Positions 38,881 through 44,015 of a stretch of DNA of 44,015 nucleotides are shown here, one piece after another. Each line of letters starts with the position of its first letter. Position 1 is the first letter of the stretch. Origin of the DNA: Pseudomonadota bacterium. Its GTDB lineage: Bacteria > Pseudomonadota > Gammaproteobacteria > Burkholderiales > Burkholderiaceae_C. The DNA lies in NCBI GenBank assembly GCA_018240995.1, contig JAFEES010000571.1, positions 1-44,015 of the forward strand. The letters run 5' to 3'. Below the pieces are notes generated by a model. That model searched no databases. It had not been told where the DNA came from and was given only the letters and a program-made list of their open reading frames with translations. Made by a program: the position numbers and the translations under genes.

Positions 38881-40080
38881 TCAGGCAGGGCTGGGAATGT
38901 CGAACACCTGGCGCAGATAGGCCAGGTATTTCTCGTCGTTGCACATGTTCTTGCCTGGCGCGTCCGACAGCTTGGCCACGGGCTGGCCGTTGCAGCGCGT
39001 CATCTTGATGACGATCTGCAGCGGCTCGCAGCCCAGGTCGTTGGTGAGGTTGGTGCCTATGCCAAAGGCCAGCTGACAGCGGCCATGAAAGCGCTGGAAC
39101 AGCTCGATGATGCGCGGCACGGTGAGCGCGTCGCTGAAGATCAGCGTCTTCGTCAGCGGATCGACACGCTTGTCGCGGTAATGCTGCAGCAGGCGCTCGC
39201 CCCAGGCAAAGGGATCGCCGCTGTCGTGGCGCGCGCCGTCGAAGAGCTTGCAAAAGTACAGGTCGAAGTCGCGCAAAAAGGCATTCATGCCATACACGTC
39301 GGACAGTGCTATGCCTAGGTCGCCGCGGTACTCCTTGGCCCACATCTCGAAGCCGAACACCTGGGTGTCGCGCAGGCGCGGGCCCAGCGACTGGCAGGCC
39401 TGCAGGTATTCGTGCGCCATGGTGCCCAGCGGCGTCAGGCCCAGCTGCATCGCATACAGCACATTGCTGGTGCCGGCAAATTGGCCGCCCGCGCCGTTGC
39501 CGCGGTCGTCGGCGCCCAGGCCCGCGCACAGCACGCGCAGCACCTCCTCATGCCAGGCGCGCGAAAAGCGCCGGCGCGTGCCGTAGTCGGCAATCTTCAG
39601 GCTCTCCAGGCCACCGGCCTGCAGCTGCGCCATCTTGGCGTCCAGGCGCCGGCGCCCCTCGGGAAAGTTGGGCTGCCTTTGCAGGTTGCGAAAGTACACC
39701 TCGTTGACGATGGCCAGCACCGGAATCTCGAACAAGATGGTGTGCAGCCAGGGGCCGGTGATGCAGATGTCGATCTCTCCCGTGGGCAGGGCGCTGACCT
39801 GTATGTACTTTTCGTTCAGGCGGAACAGCGCCAGAAAGTCCACGAAATCGCTCTTGATGAAGCGCAGCGAGCGCAGGTAGGCGAGCTCGGCATCATCGAA
39901 ATGAAGCGTGCACAGCGCGCGGATCTCGTCTCGGATCTCATGCACATAGGGCGCCAGTTGCACGCCCGGGTTGCGGCACTTGAAGCGGTACTCGACCTGC
40001 GCACCAGGGAACTGGTGCAGCACCACCTGCATCATGGTGAATTTGTACAGGTCGGTGTCGAGCAGGCTGTTGATGATCAT
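38881..40080 (-). CDS. pncB: nicotinate phosphoribosyltransferase
   Basis: [48 protein letters not shown]. Confidence 0.96.
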   Translation of the reverse strand: MIINSLLDTDLYKFTMMQVVLHQFPGAQVEYRFKCRNPGVQLAPYVHEIRDEIRALCTLHFDDAELAYLRSLRFIKSDFVDFLALFRLNEKYIQVSALPTGEIDICITGPWLHTILFEIPVLAIVNEVYFRNLQRQPNFPEGRRRLDAKMAQLQAGGLESLKIADYGTRRRFSRAWHEEVLRVLCAGLGADDRGNGAGGQFAGTSNVLYAMQLGLTPLGTMAHEYLQACQSLGPRLRDTQVFGFEMWAKEYRGDLGIALSDVYGMNAFLRDFDLYFCKLFDGARHDSGDPFAWGERLLQHYRDKRVDPLTKTLIFSDALTVPRIIELFQRFHGRCQLAFGIGTNLTNDLGCEPLQIVIKMTRCNGQPVAKLSDAPGKNMCNDEKYLAYLRQVFDIPSPA

Positions 40081-40180
40081 GGAGTGCGCACGCCGGCCCT
40101 GGGGCTGGCGCCGTTCGTGGCGGCGGGGTTGTCTCTGCGGGCATTCTGGCATCAATGGCATGACCCATCGCCGCCCCGCC

Positions 40181-40651
40181 CTATGCCGCCGTGCACAGCG
40201 CCAGCAGCGCCTGGCGCAGCCGCTCGGGCAAGGCGCGCGGGCGGCGATCGGCGCGCCCCACGTACACATGCACGAAATGGCCACAGGCGGCGCTCAGCTC
40301 CTCGCCCTGGGCGAATAGGCCCACCTCGTAGCGCACGCTGCTGGCCCCCAGCCGTGCCACGCGCAGGCCGGCGTCTATGGTCTGCGGAAAGGCCAGCGGC
40401 GCGAAGTAATTGCACTGGGTCTCGATCACCAGGCCTATGGTCTCGCCCTGGTGAATGTCCAGCACGCCCTGGTCGATCAGGTAGGCATTCACGGCGGTGT
40501 CGAACCAGCTGTAGTACACGACATTGTTCACATGGCCATAGACGTCGTTGTCCATCCAGCGCGTGCCTAGGGAGCGAAAGACGCGGTAGGCCTGCCTGGG
40601 TTCTGGCCTGGGACGCGGCGCGGCGGCCGGTGGGATGGGGGTGGTGTGCAT
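40181..40651 (-). CDS. acyl-CoA thioesterase (4HBT/YbgC-like hotdog fold)
   Basis: [36 protein letters not shown]. Confidence 0.9.
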   Translation of the reverse strand: MHTTPIPPAAAPRPRPEPRQAYRVFRSLGTRWMDNDVYGHVNNVVYYSWFDTAVNAYLIDQGVLDIHQGETIGLVIETQCNYFAPLAFPQTIDAGLRVARLGASSVRYEVGLFAQGEELSAACGHFVHVYVGRADRRPRALPERLRQALLALCTAA

Positions 40652-40742
40652 GGGGCACTGATTGTGCCCGCCGGTTTCCTGGCTGGCCTGGCCCCGGCCT
40701 GCGGCAGGTAAGCAACAGAACATTGGGGCGACAACCCTAAAA

Positions 40743-40817
40743 TGTTGCACTGCAACAAAAAAGACTTGCAACTCTCGCCAGGACGCCTACAATTCGTCCC
40801 ATGCTGCACTGCAACAT
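40743..40817 (+). promoter_or_regulatory. phaP sigma70 promoter flanked by two PhaR-type operators
   Basis: TGTTGCA-C-TGCAACA (40743-40757) and ATGCTGCACTGCAACAT (40801-40817) bracket TTGCAA-N16-TACAAT (40766-40793). Confidence 0.7.
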
Positions 40818-40884
40818 GGCTCAAGGGTCAGTCAGGGCAGACCTCTTAACCCGCCCGCAAGGGCATTTCAATTGGAGTAATGAC

Positions 40885-41439
40885 ATGACGCTGACCCCCG
40901 AGCAAATCCTCGCTTCCCAAAAAGCCAACATCGAAACCCTGTTCGGCCTGACCAACAAGGCTTTCGAAGGCGTTGAAAAGCTGGTGCAACTGAATGTTGC
41001 CGCCTCGCGCGCTGCCCTGACCGAAGCCGCTGCCCACACCCAGGCCGTGCTGTCCGTCAAGGACGCACAAGAGCTGCTAGCCCTGCAAGCCGGCCTGTTC
41101 CAGCCCATGGCTGAGAAGGCTGCCGCTTACAGCCGCCACGTGTACGAAATCGCCTCCGGCACCGGCGCCGAATTCGGCAAGGCCTTCGAAAGCCAGACCG
41201 CCGAAGCCCAGCGCAACTTCAGCAACCTGGTGGACACCGCTGCCAAGAGCGCACCCGCCGGTTCCGAAACCACCGTCGCCGTGTTCAAGAGCGCCGTTTC
41301 CGCCGCCAACAACGCTTTCGAGTCCGTGCAAAAGGCCGTGAAGCAAGCCAGCGACGTGGCCGAAGCCAACTTCAACGCCGTGGCCAACTCGGCCGCCAAC
41401 GCCGCCAAGACGGTTGAAGTTGCTTCCCGCAAGCGTTAA
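40885..41439 (+). CDS. phaP: phasin (PHA granule protein)
   Basis: [44 protein letters not shown], Ala-rich tail; GGAG RBS. Confidence 0.93.
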   Translation: MTLTPEQILASQKANIETLFGLTNKAFEGVEKLVQLNVAASRAALTEAAAHTQAVLSVKDAQELLALQAGLFQPMAEKAAAYSRHVYEIASGTGAEFGKAFESQTAEAQRNFSNLVDTAAKSAPAGSETTVAVFKSAVSAANNAFESVQKAVKQASDVAEANFNAVANSAANAAKTVEVASRKR

Positions 41440-41537
41440 TTGACAGCCCGGCTGCGCACGGCAAGCCGTGCGCAACCAAGGGTTACCACCTAGAATGCAC
41501 CTATTGATCTTGTTGTTCTGAATAACAAGGCTCACCA

Positions 41538-41614
41538 GTTGTCTCCTTGGATCCTCTCGAAACTCTGGTTTCCGGGATCCCTTCAGGCCCAGTCTTCGAC
41601 TGGGCTTTTTTTTT
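41538..41614 (+). ncRNA. candidate small RNA with anti-Shine-Dalgarno 5' motif
   Basis: TTGATC-N17-AAGGCT promoter-like pair; 5' GTTGTCTCCTT; GGATCC..GAAAC/GTTTC..GGATCC hairpin; intrinsic terminator. Confidence 0.55.
41587..41614 (+). terminator. intrinsic terminator
   Basis: GCCCAGTC-TTC-GACTGGGC followed by T9. Confidence 0.85.
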
Positions 41615-41653
41615 GGCCTGGCGCCGCCGATCTCCCCGCAGCAAGCCAGCTTA

Positions 41654-41672
41654 TTTAAGAACGATTCTCGTT
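41654..41672. promoter_or_regulatory. Fur box upstream of the iron-binding protein gene
   Basis: TTTAAGAACGATTCTCGTT resembles AATGAGAATnATTCTCATT; next to -10-like TATCAT. Confidence 0.65.
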
Positions 41673-41719
41673 TGCCTTATCATCCGCACATCCCATCAAC
41701 GAGAAAGCAAAGACTTCCC

Positions 41720-42769
41720 ATGTCCAAGTCCATCAAGTCCCTGCTGGCCATCTGCGTGCTGGCAGCAGTGGGTTCCGTCAGCGCCCAGGAGCAGGTCGTG
41801 AACCTGTATTCCGCCCGCCACTACCCTACGGACGAGGCCTTGTACAGCGGCTTTACCAAGGCCACGGGCATCAAGATCCAGCGCGTGGACTCGGACGACG
41901 CGGGCATCATGGCGCGCCTGAAGGCCGAGGGCACGGCCTCGCCCGCCGATGTGATCCTGCTGGTGGATGCCGCCCGCCTGTACCGCGGCGAGGCCGATGG
42001 CCTGTTCCTGCCGATACGCTCCAAGGTGCTGGAGGACGCGATTCCGGCAAACCTGCGCGCCACGCCCGCTGCCGATGGTGGCATCGCCTGGTTTGGCCTG
42101 TCCACGCGCGCCCGCGTCATCATCTACAACAAGGCCAAGGTGAACCCGGCCGACGTGGACAGCTATGAAAAGCTCGGCGACCCGAAAAACAAGGGCAAGC
42201 TGTGCATTCGCTCGGGCTCGCACCCCTACAACCTGAGCCTGTTCGGCGCCATCACCGAGCATATGGGCGAGCAGCAGACCGAGGCCTGGCTCAAGGGCGT
42301 GGTGGCCAACCTGGCACGCCCGCCCAAGGGCGGCGACACGGATCAGATCAAGGCCGTGGCCGCCGGCGAATGTGACATCGCCGTGAGCAACAGCTACTAC
42401 ATGGCGCGCCTGATGCGCTCGGACAAGCCCGAGGACAAGGCCGTGGTGGACAAGGTGGCCGTCATGTTCCCCAACCAGCAGTCCTGGGGCACGCACCTGA
42501 ACATTGCCGGCGGTGCCGTGGCGCGCCACAGCAAGCATCAGGCGAACGCCGTCAAGTTCCTGGAATACCTGGCCAGCCCCGAGGCGCAGAACTATTTTGC
42601 CAACGGCAACAACGAGTGGCCCGCCGCCAAGGGTGTGGTGCTGGACAACCCGGCGCTGAAGGCCATGACCGGTGGCAAGCCCTTCAAGAGCGAGACCATC
42701 CCCATCGGCGCCGTGGGCGCCAACACCACCAAGGTGCAGCAGATGCTCGATCGCGCGGGCTTCCGCTGA
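41720..42769 (+). CDS. Fe(3+) ABC transporter substrate-binding protein (FbpA/FutA-like)
   Basis: signal peptide, VNLYSARHY, CIRSGSHPYNLSL, GGDTDQIKAVAAG, SNSYY (tandem Tyr iron ligands). Confidence 0.9.
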   Translation: MSKSIKSLLAICVLAAVGSVSAQEQVVNLYSARHYPTDEALYSGFTKATGIKIQRVDSDDAGIMARLKAEGTASPADVILLVDAARLYRGEADGLFLPIRSKVLEDAIPANLRATPAADGGIAWFGLSTRARVIIYNKAKVNPADVDSYEKLGDPKNKGKLCIRSGSHPYNLSLFGAITEHMGEQQTEAWLKGVVANLARPPKGGDTDQIKAVAAGECDIAVSNSYYMARLMRSDKPEDKAVVDKVAVMFPNQQSWGTHLNIAGGAVARHSKHQANAVKFLEYLASPEAQNYFANGNNEWPAAKGVVLDNPALKAMTGGKPFKSETIPIGAVGANTTKVQQMLDRAGFR

Positions 42770-42787
42770 TTTTTGGCGAAACGCTAC

Positions 42788-42820
42788 ACAACCCGGCCCC
42801 GGCCGGGTTGTTCTTTTTTT
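42788..42820 (+). terminator. intrinsic terminator
   Basis: ACAACCCGGCC/GGCCGGGTTGT followed by a T run. Confidence 0.8.
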
Positions 42821-42845
42821 GACTGCAGCCACGGCGCCGTCATAA

Positions 42846-42861
42846 TTGACGTTTACGTCAA
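42846..42861. promoter_or_regulatory. palindromic operator, LiuR-type (MerR family)
   Basis: TTGACGT-TT-ACGTCAA palindrome upstream of an acyl-CoA catabolic gene. Confidence 0.6.
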
Positions 42862-42883
42862 CGTTACCCATAGGAGACCGGGA

Positions 42884-43642
42884 ATGGAAATCAAGGGCAA
42901 GGTATTCATCGTCACGGGCGGCGCATCGGGCCTGGGCGAGGGCACGGCGCGCATGCTGGCCGCTGCCGGCGGGCAGGTAGTGGTTGCCGACATGCAGCTG
43001 GACAAGGGCCAGGCCGTGGCGCGCGAGATTGGCGGCGCCTTCGTCAAGTGCGACGTGACCAGCGAGGCCGACGGCCAGGCGGTGGTGGCCCAGGCGGTCT
43101 CCATGGGCAAGCTCATGGGCCTGGTGAACTGCGCCGGCATCGCCCCGGCCGAGAAAACCGTGGGCAAGAACGGCGCCCACGCCCTGGCCAGCTTCAGCAA
43201 GACCATCAGCGTGAACCTGATCGGCAGCTTCAACATGATCCGCCTGGCGGCCGAGGCCATGAGCAAAAACGAGCCCGAGGCCACGGGCGAGCGCGGCGTG
43301 CTGATCTCCACCGCCAGCGTCGCCGCCTACGACGGGCAGATCGGCCAGGCGGCCTATGCTGCATCCAAGGGCGGCGTGGTCGGCATGACGCTGCCGATTG
43401 CGCGCGACCTGGCCAAGAGCGGCATACGCAACATGACCATTGCCCCCGGCATCTTCGGCACGCCCATGCTGTTTGGCATGCCCAAGGAGGTGCAGGACGC
43501 GCTGGCCGCCGGCGTACCCTTCCCCAGCCGCCTGGGCAGGCCCGAGGACTACGCCAAGCTGGCGCGCCACATCTTTGAAAACGACATGCTCAACGGCGAG
43601 GTGATCCGCCTCGACGGCGCCATCCGCATGGCACCAAAGTAA
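42884..43642 (+). CDS. 3-hydroxyacyl-CoA dehydrogenase, SDR type II (HSD10-like)
   Basis: [49 protein letters not shown]; AGGAG RBS. Confidence 0.92.
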   Translation: MEIKGKVFIVTGGASGLGEGTARMLAAAGGQVVVADMQLDKGQAVAREIGGAFVKCDVTSEADGQAVVAQAVSMGKLMGLVNCAGIAPAEKTVGKNGAHALASFSKTISVNLIGSFNMIRLAAEAMSKNEPEATGERGVLISTASVAAYDGQIGQAAYAASKGGVVGMTLPIARDLAKSGIRNMTIAPGIFGTPMLFGMPKEVQDALAAGVPFPSRLGRPEDYAKLARHIFENDMLNGEVIRLDGAIRMAPK

Positions 43643-43659
43643 TCACTTTTTAGGAGCAC

Positions 43660-43695
43660 AAAGCGCTTGCCACGTCAGCGTGGCAGGCGCTTTTT
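43660..43695 (+). terminator. intrinsic terminator (overlaps a degenerate bipartite repeat)
   Basis: AAAGCGCTTGCCACG-TCAG-CGTGGCAGGCGCTTTTT. Confidence 0.75.
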
Positions 43696-43707
43696 AAAGC
43701 ATGCAAC

Positions 43708-43745
43708 AAAACAAAACGGGCCACGTCTAGCAACGTGACCCGTTT
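43708..43745 (-). terminator. terminator of the tRNA operon
   Basis: AAACGGGCCACGT/ACGTGACCCGTTT stem with an A-rich run on +. Confidence 0.65.
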
Positions 43746-43753
43746 GAAATATT

Positions 43754-43830
43754 TGGCGGAGTGGACGGGACTCGAACCCGCGACCCCCGGCGTGACAGGC
43801 CGGTATTCTAACCGACTGAACTACCACTCC
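43754..43830 (-). tRNA. tRNA-Asp(GTC)
   Basis: 77 nt, GGAGTGGTAGTTCAG...CTGTCAC...GGTTCGAGTCC...CCA. Confidence 0.97.
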
Positions 43831-43879
43831 GCGTCGGTGCCGCTTTTATGGCTCTTGCGAGCCCAAGTACGACAAAACT

Positions 43880-43955
43880 TGGCGACCCTACGGGGATTCG
43901 AACCCCGGTACTCACCGTGAAAGGGTGATGTCCTAGGCCTCTAGACGATAGGGTC
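43880..43955 (-). tRNA. tRNA-Glu(TTC)
   Basis: 76 nt, GACCCTATCGTCTAGAGGCCTAGGAC...CTTTCAC...GGTTCGAATCC...CCA. Confidence 0.97.
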
Positions 43956-43977
43956 AAAACCTAGAATTTCTTCGATT

Positions 43978-44015
43978 TGGTGGAGGTAAACGGGATCGAA
44001 CCGATGACCTCTTGC
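43978..44015 (-). tRNA. tRNA-Ala, 3' half (truncated by the window edge)
   Basis: GCAAGAGGTCATCGGTTCGATCCCGTTTACCTCCACCA; the acceptor 3' strand has the U70 typical of Ala; the anticodon is outside the window. Confidence 0.75.

Noticed and set aside
37192-39318. Long antisense ORFs (708, 624, 616, 534 aa and others)
   Set aside because: Shadow frames of well-supported genes in high-GC DNA with no recognisable motifs
43754-44015. tRNA cluster as an island or prophage attachment site
   Set aside because: No integrase, no duplicated tRNA 3' end seen, and the flanking genes are housekeeping

Overview
GC-rich betaproteobacterial chromosome segment; gene content and repeat types suggest Comamonadaceae (inference). 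It is mostly housekeeping and metabolic: frmA/fghA formaldehyde detoxification, mscS, rnk, an MdeB/AceE-like 2-oxoacid dehydrogenase E1, aroQ, arfB, glnS, aspA, rluE, truC, ylqF, gshA, rmuC, pncB, phaP, an Fe3+ binding protein, and the end of an Ala-Glu-Asp tRNA operon. I found no integrase, transposase, prophage or CRISPR array. The unexplained structure is mainly non-coding: (i) about 8-9 copies of a ~40-bp bipartite double-palindrome (CTAT-N7-ATAGC-N5-GCGCTT-N7-AAGCGC), nearly all in one orientation, some overlapping coding sequence; (ii) three ~160-bp hairpin MITEs, two of them 4 differences apart, sharing GAGG(C/T)TG ends and an ATAGC-TCG(G)-GCTAT core; (iii) two elements with related TTCCTGACT ends that carry different REP cargo; (iv) a candidate anti-Shine-Dalgarno sRNA after phaP; (v) an SOS-box-like site between a DHH phosphoesterase and a small membrane protein; (vi) a decayed crcB/fluC pseudogene. 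All calls were made by eye from motifs; no database search was run.
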